Assembly (NCBI RefSeq): GCF_018350175.1
Contig: NC_058368.1
Span: forward strand, 187,552,001 to 187,616,000
From: Felis catus
Taxonomy: Eukaryota
Length of the DNA: 64,000 nt
Direction of reading: 5' to 3'
Shown: positions 13,303-25,349 of the stretch, piece by piece
Numbering within the stretch: position 1 is the stretch's first letter
Layout of the letters: every line of letters begins with the position of its first letter
Notes under the pieces: model-generated
Seen by the model: the letters and a program-made list of their open reading frames with translations, nothing else
Told to the model about the DNA's origin: nothing
Databases searched by the model: none
Position numbers and translations under genes: made by a program

Positions 13303-14563
13303 CAATAAAGTACATGCTGAGAGGTGTATGTTTCAGGGAAAAGTGGCAGCTTCTAAAATAAATTGTTAAAACAAACCGAAGGGTTTTAAGGTAACTTTTT
13401 CAATCAAATAAACTATTATCAGATTACAGACCTTTGTTAAACACTCCCACTAGTTTTCAGTTTCAAGCAAATTGCATAGGATACCAGCAATGATGGAAAA
13501 GAAAGGCTCAAATTTTAACTTGACTATGTATGTTACAGACCTCTCAGGAGAAGACTTCCTATATAGGTTGGTATTAAGCAAGGATCAATTTAATTGCCTA
13601 CACATGGACCAAGCAAGTAAAGTGATCAGAGAAGAGACAGAAGCAACACTTGAGTTCTCCTTTCAGGCCATCTCGCAAAGGGTCTGTAGGACAGAACGCC
13701 CACACTCCACCTGCAAGGTAGCCTACACTCCGCTGCCAGTCTCAGTATTGGAAACAAGGGCCAACTATTACCAAATCCGCTTTTCCAAGAGAAGCTCCAA
13801 AACCAGAAGGTATGTGAAATTTTGGAATTTTAAATGGGGGCAACATTTGTTTTTTTTTGGGGGGGGGGAGGGGGGATCATCCCTCTCATCCCCCCCAAAA
13901 AGAAAATCCATGAGCAACTGTTTGTAATCTAATATTTTGATTCCAATCACAGATTTGGAATCAAAGTAATAACTCTTCATGTCTCTAGCCTATCAATGAA
14001 CTTCTGAGCTTCACTGTCCTCAACTGAAAAATAGGGTCATAAACACAATAATGCTTATTATAAACACTTCAACCAGGTCACAATATAGTGTAAACAACTA
14101 AACGGAGTTTCCTACAGGTGAAGAGTGGATATTACCATCCGTAAATTATCTGCTGCAATCTTTAAAGCACCTAATTGAAGATCTCAGAAGATTTAGAGCC
14201 TTTCAAATTCTGATTACTGAATACTGAGATTTAAAGTCATTAGAAACCAAACAGAACCAGCAATAAAGAATGCTTAGCAATAGATATTTAACGAGCTGGA
14301 AGTGGCTCTTCTAATTAAGAGATCTAATAACTGTCACTAGTTAATAGCCACAGAAAGGCAATAAAGTACACATTTAGGGATGTATGTTTCAAGGAAAACA
14401 GCTTCTGAAGGGAAGCAGCTGCTAAATTCACGATTAAAACAAACCAAAAGGTTTTAAGGTAAGCTTTTCAAGTCAGATACACTTCCGTTGTCCGATGACA
14501 GACCCTTATCAAATACTTCCACTAATTTTCATACTGTTTTAAGTAAATTCCACAGAAAACCAA
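13303..14563. repeat. Diverged local direct duplication (copies 13303-13486 and 14359-14563)
   Basis: Collinear shared blocks CAATAAAGTACA, TGTATGTTTCARGGAAAA, TTAAAACAAACC..GGTTTTAAGGTAA, ACAGACC, CCACTA.TTTTCA. Confidence 0.85.
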
Positions 14564-14597
14564 CTACAATATTAGGAAGAGTCTATTAAAGAATTTC

Positions 14598-14603
14598 TTT
14601 ATT
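14598..14603 (-). terminator. PTTG1: PTTG1 polyadenylation signal AATAAA
   Basis: TTTATT on + strand shortly after the stop codon. Confidence 0.8.
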
Positions 14604-14639
14604 AATACAAAACATACAAACTATTAAGTGCTAAGAAAT

Positions 14640-14716
14640 TTAAATATCTAAGTCATAGCAAACAGGTGGCAATTCAACATCCAGGGTCGACAGAACGCTT
14701 GGAGACTGCAACAGAT
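14640..14716 (-). CDS. PTTG1: PTTG1 last coding exon ([25 protein letters not shown])
   Basis: TTTTCTAG acceptor, TAA at 14642-14640, AATAAA about 37 nt downstream. Confidence 0.95.
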
Positions 14717-17700
14717 CTAGAAAACAGGAATTTCTTATTCAATATCTGCAAACCTTTAGGTCATCGTCCATCTCAACATAGACATTAGTTGTCAATTTTA
14801 TCTTCTTATTTTCCCCTTTGCATATTGAATCCCTACCCCACCCCAGTTAGACATTGCACGCATGCATACATACACATACTCTCACACCCACACACTGCTT
14901 TGAATGTGGCTAAGATCCCAGAATTAATCTTCATTAGGAAATGAATCTTAGACATGCCTGAAACTATTGTTTTTAAGGACCCACACAAGAGCCAACAATA
15001 TCACTAACTTCTAAAATGGAATACACTATCCCATCAGAACAAATAGAAAACATACTGATGGTTTTTAATCACCAGTTTGAACCAAGGCCTCAAACCTTGG
15101 CCGTAAGGTTTTGTCATTCTATGCTACTGTGCTCAGGGGTCTTGGTTCTAGATTAGCTTTAGATATAACTTGGAATTCTCATTCCAAGCAAGTTTGTTAT
15201 ACTTCAAGCTATAACCTAAGAAGCCATAGGCTAAACTTAATCTTGTTTTCTGTATCTAAGACTGTCTACATTCCAGAATGACTTAATTTTGGCTGGGCAT
15301 TTGAGACTGAAAACAGTACCAATTGAGAGTTTTCATTACTCTGAAACCCTATCCCTGAAGTTTGAAAGACAGAAATTACCTGTAGGTTAACCTTCCATAC
15401 AACTCTGCCCCCCACAATAATGAAAGTATTATGACACAAGTAATTTGCAGCTCTTCTAGAAGGACACTTGTTCACTTACTAGACTCCCATGGTTGAGAGG
15501 GCATCTTCAGAGGTGAAGGGGGGCCCAGGTGTAACAGCTTTTCAAGTTCCCTCTCCTCATCAAGGATCATGAGAGGCACTCCATTCAAGGGGAGGTGTGC
15601 AATCTGGTGCTCTTCAGGCAGGTCAAAACTCTCAAAATCTGCCACAAAGACAAAGCACTTTATCAGAGCAGTGGTTCTCAGGGTGGTCAGTGGACCCCTG
15701 GGGATCTGAGACCCTTTCAGTGGGTCCATGAGGTCAAAATATGTTGTTAATAACATTAACACATTCTTCCACTGTGCTGACATTTGCAATGATGGTACAA
15801 AAGCAGTAATGGATGGAATTGCTTGCTGTGCCTTAGCACAAATCAAGGCAGTGGCAATAAACTGTATTTTGTAGTCCTTATATTCCTCAATACCACTGGC
15901 TTGCAGTAAAAAATGCCAGCTTCACATATCACTTTACCACATGCAGTAAAAAGTATTAATTTTGTCAGCTCTCGACCCTTAAGAACATGTCTTTTTAGTA
16001 TTCTGTATGATGAAATGAGAAGTACTCCATAAAGCACTTCTGCTGCATACTCAAGTACCACGGTGAGCTCAAAGAAAAAAGATTTGTGCCATTATTTGGT
16101 TTTCAAGCTAAACTAGAGGCCTTTATCCTGAAACACTGTTTAGTTGAAATAACAATGGAAAGACAAACTGTAGGTGCTTAGACTTGGGTATTTGTAGCAC
16201 ATTTCCTTAGAGGAATAAAGAAGTCCATCACCTCAAGGAAAACAGTATCTGTTGCCAACGACAAAATACACAATTTCAAGGAAAAAAAAAAAAAACACTA
16301 GAATTTTGAAAAACTTATCTGTAATCATTAGCTTGACAACTTCCTAATATTACACTTTTCCAATGAGATAAGTGGTGACATTAATGAGTGCATATTTGAC
16401 ACTGCATAATGAAACACTTCAACATTTGGATGATCTATATTTCCCCGTGAATCATCATTTCTACATGATCAATGCGTGATTAAATGTATCTTTTATTTTT
16501 GCATTTAAATGCAGAACAGCCCAATGGATTTTATTTTCGGAGTACAAAATGTTCACTGACAGGGTTTCAGATTACACATTTCAACCATACATTCAGAAAT
16601 TGCCAGTTGTTAGGTGTTAGTGTTATAGGAAAGAACTCTCCACACTTATCTAAAAAGACTATTAAAATGCTCCTCCCTGTCCTAACTACATATCTTCAGG
16701 AAGCCAAATTTTTTTCCATGTACTTCAACCAAAACAAGAGATGCAATGGATTGAATGCAGACTTACAATACAGGTGTTTTATGTTAAGCTAAATTAACCA
16801 AGTTTTCAAAAATATAAAACCAAAAAAAATATATGTATACACACACACACATATACATATATATAAAACCATGTCATTCTTCTAGATGTTTTAGAAATGT
16901 TTAAAAAAAAAGTTACATAATGGGGTTTTTTTTTTTTGAGGGTTTGGTTTTTTTTTAATCAGTGTTAATTCCCAATACAGGATATTTAAACAACACACAA
17001 AAGGTCTTTGGGGTCTTCACTAACTTTTAAGAGTGGTCACAGACGTAAAAAAAAAAAAAAAAAAAAAAAAATCGAGAACCATTGTGTTAAGTAACACTCT
17101 TTATAATCCAAGTGTCTTACTTCTTAGAATTATTTCAAAAAGATTTTTCTTAGGGCACCTGGCTGGCTCAGTTGGTAGAGCATGCAATTCTTGATCTCAG
17201 GGTCATGAGTACGACCCCTACGTTGGGCATGGAGATCAAAAAAATTAAAAATTTTAAAGTAATTTTGAAAGAGGGGAGAGAGAGAGAGAAAGCACACACG
17301 AGTGAGGGAGGGCCAGAGGGAGAGGGAGGGACAGAATCCCAAGCCAATTCCATGCTGGACTGACCATGGAGGCTCAATCCCCGGACAGACCATGAGATCA
17401 TAACCCAAGGCAAAAATCAAGAGTCAGATGCTTAACCAACTGAGCCACCCAGGTGCCCCTAAAAAATTTTAATTAAAAAAATACAATAGATTTTTCTTGA
17501 CAGTAACTAAACTAGAATTTAAATATTGAGTCTTTCCTTTTTTCAAGGGGGTTAGCATTTCCTCAAAAGAACAAAGATGGGGGAGAACCATTATTTTCTC
17601 TAGTCTGAAACTTCTCTAAAACCTAAATACTAGGAATTACCCTACTCTTTCCAAGACTGCTAAAACCCAGAAGTTAAAAAGGAACTGCGGGATGGTGACT

Positions 17701-20700
17701 ACTTAATCTGAAACCAATGAATTATAAAGGAAACCATAAACAGACAAAAGACTCCAGAAGAAAAAGTCTGCAACCTAATAAAGCTAATCTCCTTTATCCA
17801 CAAAAGCTGCTGAAAAAGTCATTATCAAAGGAAAACAAAGATACAAACAGGAAGTTAAAAAAAAAACTATAGAAGGCCAATGATCAAATATGCTCACTAC
17901 ATGGACATGCACCCTAATTTAAAACCATGAGATACGCACTGCCTTTTTGATAAGGTTAAGAGTTTTTAAACATTTGCTGTTAGAGACTGTAGGGGAAGCA
18001 GGCATCCTCATCCACTGCAGGTGGGTTCAGTAATTTATGCTATTTTGGGGGGCAACTTAGTCGCTCTTTCCTCAAACACAGCATATTGTAGTCATCCTTC
18101 TTGATCAATATGCATAAATCTACCTCACCATTTTCCTTAATGGCTGAATTGTAATCATTAGCATGGAAGCACTACATTGTATCAAAACTTAATCACCTCC
18201 CCTTTGAGATGACTCAGCAATCCTTCAAGTCCACTCTCCAGCTATCCTCACAAACTCACAGTACAATTTCGAGGACACTAACTGCAGAACTGTATTATAT
18301 AAAAGCCAGGGACAAGCTGGATGTGTACAGGATGACTAAATGCCTTTGGATGAAAGGCCAAAAGTTCCAGTTCAGAAATGCAGAAGGCTCTGTGTAACCT
18401 TCCCGAGTTTCATCCGTATTGTCCTTCTCTCTGCCTTCATTTCCCAGAACCCCTCCAGTCCTCGCTCTACCTCAGGATCTCTGCACACACTTCTGTGCTG
18501 TGTTCTTGCCCTGCCCCTCCCCTTCTTCACCTGGCTATCCCCAGATAGCCTTTAAAACTCAACTTCTGTCACTTCCTAAAAGAAACCTTCCCCACTCTTC
18601 CAGGTGAGGTTCAGTTCCCCCTAAGGGACCAGTTTTTCTCCTTGCTCACTTACAGTGAGAGGATTCGTTTGGGGTTTCCCTCCCAATCATGGGCTCCCTC
18701 AGGGTGGGACCTGTCTTTGTTAACCACTGCACCCAAAGCCTGGATACAGTAGCCTCTCCTCAAATGGGAAAAGCTTGAAAAGGTGGTTCTGTAACAGAAA
18801 ATACTTGATTCACATAGCAGGTTGAAGGAGTAGAAACACGTTTTCACAGACTATGTGGATTTTTTCAGACATTGTTCAACTCGACATAAAACCCACTTTC
18901 AAAAACCCTTGCCAGGAATAATGTCCACTTTACAGTTGTTCACTATTAGTGAACACATCTTATCTCCCTTATGTGGGAAGTTTTTGAGGTCGGGAACAAT
19001 GTTCTCCACACCTTCGCACCAATTCCCCTTCAGACGTCAGAGGTTCCTTACAAAGAAATCCACCAAATACATTTGTGCAAAGACCAGATTCAGAGAGTCT
19101 TATTACAATTTGGGGTCAGAGGTCTATTCATATCAAATTAGAGCTGAATAGGATTCTAAGAGAAACTCAAGACTAAAGCATTTTTGTAATACAAAAAAAA
19201 AAAAAAAAAAAAATACTACCTAAAGGGTTGAAGGGAATGAATTTTTCTATTTCAGGATAGGTGTCATCCGAGGCTGGAACAGTGCTTTTTGCTTTGACAG
19301 TCTTCTCAGTTACCTAAAACCACCCAAGAAAATATGAATGAGAGTGGAAACCTTATCTATAGATTAGTACAAGAGATCATAAGTCTTCCAGACATGTGAC
19401 TGCTTCACCACTTTCACACGGACTTCTAAGCAACTGTAATCCTTAGTTCTCATTAATTACATACAAATACAATTCAGCAAGCAATTCTAGTAGCACGGCT
19501 AAAGAGTTTAGTCTATTATTTAAGTATCAGCAACTCTCAGCCTAAGTTACCAAGAATACAGAGTTAATTCAGAGCTAATCAACTCAATCACTCAACCTGA
19601 CACAGAAAATGGGCAGGAGTCACCCAAATAGAAACTAATCCTAGAAGCCATTTTTGGCTTTTGGAAGTGTGCTTTCCATTTGTGTTTCCATCAGTGTCAC
19701 CTGATTTATTTGCTTAGTTAATATTAAGTTGAAATACACACTGAGTAAGAGCCAACAAAAGACAGTCAAGGACTTTAGTAGCCTGGATAATTCTCTAGCC
19801 TAAATTGGGCAGGTAGGCAGTCTACAATAGGCCAAAGCAGAAACCTATGTATTATTGATTTAATCTTATATCATATGTGTATACTAAATATTTTCTTTAA
19901 TTTATTTAGAGAGAGACGGGGGGGAAGGAGGGGTAGAGAGAACCATGCTGCCAGCGTAGAGCCCAATGAGGGGCTTGAACCCAAGAAGCCCCGAGATCAT
20001 GACTGGAGCCAAAACCAAGAGTCAGATGCTTAACCGACTGAGCCACCCAGGCACCCCTAGAGGAAATCTCTAAAGTAGGGTTTCCCACACTTCAGTGCTA
20101 CGTCACATTCTCATTATTTTTGTCATAGCCTTGCAATACTTGAATTTAACATTTCTTACTCAACTTAGTTTTTAAAAAAGACATCTTGGCGGCACCTGGG
20201 TGGCTCAGTCGGTTAAGCATCATCTGACTCTTGATTTCGGCTCAGGTCATGATCTCATGATTCGTGGGTGCAAGCCACATCAGGCTGTCTTGGCAGCACA
20301 GAGCCTGCTTGGGATTCTCTGTTTCCCTCTCACTATGTGCCCCTCCCCTTCTCTCTCTCTCAAAAATAAACATTAAAAAAAAATAAAAAACATATCTTGT
20401 CCTAAACCACATTACAAGTTTTATTTTGATCTAAATTATTAGTGTTCCTCCTAATATACATTAAGACAATTATTCAAATAAAGTGTTAATCTACACGCTG
20501 AAGTCATCTTTCACAGCAAAGTCTTCTTAGTCTGGGATGCACTGACCTGCTACTCATGCACACACACAAAGGTCAACATGTTTGCAGAGTAGAGTACCTG
20601 GTGCTCACTCTAGGAGACTGGGAGGAGGGTGGCAGCACATGAGCTATTATATTAGCTATGTGACCTCTTGCAAAGTACCCTCCCTCTCAGTACTTTCTGT

Positions 20701-21614
20701 ATCTGTAAGTAGATACCACCAACCAATCTGCTTCAACGCTAGTTAAGAGCAGGTGAGGCAACAACATTCACCAGCTGCTTGTGAGACTTCTAATCTTGAG
20801 GCACAGAGGAAGTCCACAAAGAGAACAGGATTCCCTCCTGCTAATCGGTGTTTGGTAGCCTATATTTCCTTCTACTCACAAGAAAGGTAGGGTGCCTATA
20901 GTCATTTTAAGAGTCAAAAGTGCTAAAGTGTTTAGACAACCAGTTTGCAGCCAACACTTACCTTTTTGGCAGAGAAGTTTGGCTGCTTCTGTTTGAGAGG
21001 TCCATTGTTCTTTACTGAATTTTCAGTGGCTCTGTTGACAGTTCCCAAAGCCTTTCTGGTAACTTTAGGCAAGGTTGCTTGAGCATCAAACATTTTGCCT
21101 ACACGTGGTGTTGAAACCTGAGATCTCCCATCTAAAGTTTTGACTGCTGAAGAAAAAGTCTTACCATAAGATTATTCAGGCAGTAAAACCTGCCCAACTT
21201 GAAGACTGATTGTGTGTATAAACTTGGCCTAATTCTCATCCCCAGACTCAATCCCAATTTTTGACAGTGGCTTGGCCATATGCCTAACAGTACTTCAGTT
21301 TTGTACGCTCTTAAATAATCGCTTAAGATACTTAATTAAGATACTCTTTCATGTAAAGAGTTAAAAATAAATAAATAAAAGAAACCCAACATAAGCAAAT
21401 CGCAATAGGAGCATTCCCCAATACTTGATGCCTCCCCTCTGCTCCCAACTCCAAGCCACGCCCACAATTGATTCCGGTGACTCCGGACTCAACTGTGACT
21501 CCGACTGCAGCCCGTTTACTTACGAGGCTTAGACCGCAGCTTCTGCCCATCCTTGGGAGCCACACGGGTGCCCGGTTCTCCATTTTCCTTATCAACAAAG
21601 ATCAGGGTAGCCAT
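14640..21614 (-). CDS. PTTG1: Securin (pituitary tumor-transforming gene 1), spliced CDS: join(complement 21524-21614, 20962-21146, 19220-19313, 15480-15638, 14640-14716), 201 aa
   Basis: Exons join in frame via GT-AG introns (91+185+94+159+77=606 nt): [18 protein letters not shown]...RKALGTVN...[31 protein letters not shown]...[14 protein letters not shown]...[15 protein letters not shown] box, D-box (RKALGTVN) and PXXP motifs of securin are present. Confidence 0.97.
15480..15638 (-). CDS. PTTG1: PTTG1 coding exon 4 ([53 protein letters not shown])
   Basis: Visible in ORF 15472..15846; TTTGTGGCAG acceptor, A|GTAAGT donor. Confidence 0.96.
15669..17084 (+). mobile_element. Fossil hAT-Charlie DNA transposon (Charlie1-like, about 1.4 kb) in PTTG1 intron
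   Basis: TIRs CAGTGGTTCTC (15669) and GAGAACCATTG (17074-17084); decayed transposase remnants ALLLHTQV (~16035) and [18 protein letters not shown] (~16665). Confidence 0.85.
19220..19313 (-). CDS. PTTG1: PTTG1 coding exon 3 ([31 protein letters not shown])
   Basis: TTTTAG acceptor, G|GTAGT donor, 94 nt in frame. Confidence 0.95.
20962..21146 (-). CDS. PTTG1: PTTG1 coding exon 2 (contains D-box RKALGTVN)
   Basis: TTCTTCAG acceptor, AAG|GTAAGT donor, 185 nt in frame. Confidence 0.95.
21524..21614 (-). CDS. PTTG1: PTTG1 first coding exon ([30 protein letters not shown])
   Basis: ATG at 21614, donor GTAAGT after 21524, acceptor CAG at 21625-21627; KEN box. Confidence 0.95.
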
Positions 21615-21879
21615 TATGGATCAGCTGCGGGTGCGAAATACATATTAGACCCTGGGGGTTAGGAAGATGAGAGAAGCGATGATGTAGGTAGCAAAAACCA
21701 AACTTTCTACCCTGGGCACGCCACTCAAAAACTAGAACTAAGGAGACAGCGAAGCCCGTTCTTCAGGCAACAGGCATTTAATCCAGCTCTTAACTCCTGA
21801 AGCCTGGGTCAGAGGCTCTAAGTTCCAGAAAAGTCGGCGGTTTAGGGCTGGCACAGGTCCTAGTACTCATCAGAATCGA

Positions 21880-22210
21880 ACGGCCGAGGGCTGCGTCCGC
21901 GGTCCCAGTCCGCGGCTCAACCTAGCTCGGCGCTAGTGACGATCCCGGGAAGCCCCAGGTCCTCCCACCTCCAGCTCCCACCTCCTTCCTCGCGGGCCCC
22001 GCGCGCCCAACACTCACGACCACTCGGTTCGCCCACGTAAGAGCCAACAGCCAAACTCTTCCAAGACAGCCTGCCGCGGTCGCGCCAGACCCGGCGTTTA
22101 AACCACAACTCACGCCCCTATTGGTTCATCCGCCCAGGAGGCGGAACCGTGGGTGGGGCTCCAGGAAGAACCAATGGGAGGAATCTAAGCTCCTAGCTCA
22201 CCGCCTGGAA
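21880..22210 (-). promoter_or_regulatory. PTTG1: PTTG1 CpG-rich promoter and non-coding exon 1 (probable donor GTGAGT at 22017-22012)
   Basis: CpG-rich; TTTAAA 22097-22102, CCAAT boxes at 22120-22124 (-) and 22171-22175 (+), GC box 22130-22135. Confidence 0.75.
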
Positions 22211-24631
22211 AGCTTTTTCCGGGAAGTTAGTAGCTTGCTTCCTGGGAAGAAAAAAAATCAAACCTGCTGACACCTTTACTTGTAGGTGTTTTTAACATGC
22301 TCCTCACAGAGATAGAAAGGGAGTGAATATGGTCTTCTATTCCAATAAGTAAATGATTATCATGATATCAAGATACAGAGATTTGGGGTTTTTTTCCTGA
22401 GACTCTAGGACAGCCAGGAAGTTCTTAAATGATTGTGAGGTTCAAAAAGTCAAGGCAAAGTGGCAACAGAAGTATTTTCCTAAAGTCTTCAATTAACTAT
22501 TTGTCCAAAGAGTAAATTGACCAGATCAAATAAAAAAGAAGAGGCAGTACTGGAGGAAAAGCATTGCAGTCATTAGAAAAATAACTGAGGAACTATGGAT
22601 ACATACAGTTGTATTTCAACAGATGTATGAAAAAAGAAAAAAACAAACATATAGTCGAGGGGGAAAACAACTTATTCCCTCTAAGGAACCCCAGAAGAGC
22701 AGAATTAAAAATTAAGAAGCAGTGTAAATACAGATAAATCAAACAGCAATGTTTGTGTCATTCCTTTAGGTTTGTGATTAAGAATAGACTGATTATTCCC
22801 TAATTGCAGAATAACCCTTAACATTTCAGGCTAGGATGCCGCGTCAGGAATCTGGCTCATGAACAAAATGATGATCCTCATGAATACATAATTCAGGTTT
22901 CCTTTCAAATTCTATTTTTAATAGGATTATTTTAAACTTCTGACATCTCAACAATACAGTCATCAAAGCTGCCTAGAAGGGCCTGGTGGGAGAGGGCAGA
23001 AAGATGAGAAAAAGATCTGGGGAATAATAAAAATACAGAAAAGGAATTCTAATTTCCAAGTTAAGGAGAGAAATTATGCTTGGAAAAATTAATGACCTTT
23101 TCCTATTTCTATAGTAAATGGAAACAGATTGAACAAATACAAGGTAAAGGAATAAATTCAAAAGACCAAAGTTGAGCAGTGTCATCCAATCCCTACTCCC
23201 CACAGGTCACCAGATACATTCTAACTTGGAGGTAAGTTGGGAGAGAGCAGTTGAGCCTACATTATTTCACAAAAGGTTTCACACTACACCTGGCATAGAT
23301 GCAGTTCTCAATATATGTCAGTTCATTGGCCCTTTTTCAGGACCAGAATTTCAGGACCAGCATTTCAGGACCAGAATTGAAGGATTAATTCGTTCAATAA
23401 ATATTTATTGAATGTTACTAAATGCTAGACACTGAGCTAGGCATCAAGGAAAAAAGATCCTAACTCAAGAAGGTAAAGAGGACAAAAAACATTTATACCT
23501 TTATTGCCCCTTCCCTGTCCTTTTTCTTTGATTCCTACTCCTTCCCTTATTTTCACCCTGCATCTCCTCCTAAATGTTTCAGCTCCATATTACATCATCA
23601 GCACACAAAAGTGTTCATTTCGAAACCAATCTGTACAGTACTAAAGCTTCAAAGTGGAGATTCTCTATCTCCTTAGGTCTTTGGGTGCAAGATATTTATA
23701 TCCCCAGGGTCAGTCTTCCCCTACAACAGGAAGCATGGTCTCCAAAGGTCATGCAGTAAATGTAAAATGCTATAAACCACTCTCTGTGTGATCACTGCTT
23801 TCTCACCAGTGATGCCCCAGACTCCCTACTATTATTGGAATTACCCAATTAGTAAATCACCCTCACCTTATAACAGCACCTAGATCCTAATCAATCCCAG
23901 TTAATTCTAATTGAGATTTACAAACAGCAACCCATCTAGTACTGACCCTTGCTTCCCTACAACCCTCCTCAAAATCCTCCAGGAGGAACCCAAACCTTAC
24001 AAAATACTCTTCCTTCTTGTCCAGCATATTTTATGATTCCTCTAGGAGATATGCTTCCTGGATTGTGCCTGTTTTTTTTGTTTGTTTGTTTTTGTTTTTT
24101 GGGTTTTTTTTAAGATTTCATTTTTAAGTAACCTCTACACCCAACATGGGGCTCAAAATCACAACCCCAAGATCAAGAGTTGCATGCTCCACCTACTGAG
24201 CCAGCCTCATGCCTTGTGCCTGGTGGTTTTAAACAGGCCTCAAACCTTCCAAGCAAATTGCAATAATTGTTTTAAAAGATAAAAATAAAACATAGGTGAT
24301 TCAGAGACTACTCGCTTTCAGGCCATTCTCTGATCTTTTCTATCCCTTCACCTACTGCCCTGTAAAATCAAAATTAGTGTTTACGTTCTTCAACTCTAGG
24401 CACTGCAAAGTTTTAATAAGACAAAAATAGATTACGATTGGCTCCTATTGAGGCAAGGATGTTAACTATTTTCACTTTTACTGTTAAAAGCAATACATGT
24501 TGAGGCGCCTGGGTGGCTCAGTGGGTTATGCTTCCCACTGCAGCTCAGGTCATGATCTCCCTGTTGATGGGTTCCAGCCCCCATGGAGCTCTGTACTGAC
24601 AGCTCAGAGCCTGGAGCCTCTTTTAGATTCT

Positions 24632-24672
<41 letters not shown>

Positions 24673-25349
24673 CCTCCTGTACTGGTGCTCTCTCTCAAAA
24701 ATAAATAGGCATTTAAAAAAAATTAAAAAAATAAAAGCAATACATGTTACTTGGAGGAAGAAAAGATAATAGCACAAAGAAAACCCAAGAAATTCTACTA
24801 CCAAAATGCTTATTTTCCAGTATTTTATCTTACTTCATATGTGCACTTTAAAAGGAGGGTTGGGATATCAGATACTATTGGTTTCCTGAAATAGAAATTG
24901 TTTTATAGTATTTTTTTCTAATGGTAAAACACAGGATCACTTGGGTGCAGAAAGTCACAATTACCTATTATTAGTCCCTTATGTTCTCATAGCACCTGGT
25001 ATTCCTTTCAGAGACTTTTTACAACTGTAAATTATATGAAATTATTTTAAGTGTCTTTTTCACTCTGCATGACTAAATTCGAGGACATAAAGTCACTTTT
25101 TCTTCACCACGTCCCCAACTTGTTACACAATACGCGGCTACTAATATTAATTGTAACTGCCTTTTTTTTCCCCGTAATACGTCACGAACTTCCCCATTCA
25201 TTTTACAGTTCTTGTAGAAAAACTTAAGCTGTTGCCTTTCCTACGGACTTTTTTTTTTTAACTTCCTAAGATTCTGCGATTCTAAAAGAAACAATAATTC
25301 AAAAGCAGGCAACAGGAAAACAACTGCTGAAACTAACTCCCTTCACAGT

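Noticed and set aside
13472..13927. 151-aa ORF downstream of PTTG1
   Set aside because: Non-ATG annotated start, runs through T/G homopolymers, no motif; no evidence of coding.
16484..16792. 102-aa ORF with transposase-like [10 protein letters not shown]
   Set aside because: Fragment of the decayed Charlie element; flanking transposase regions have stops and frameshifts, so not a functional gene.
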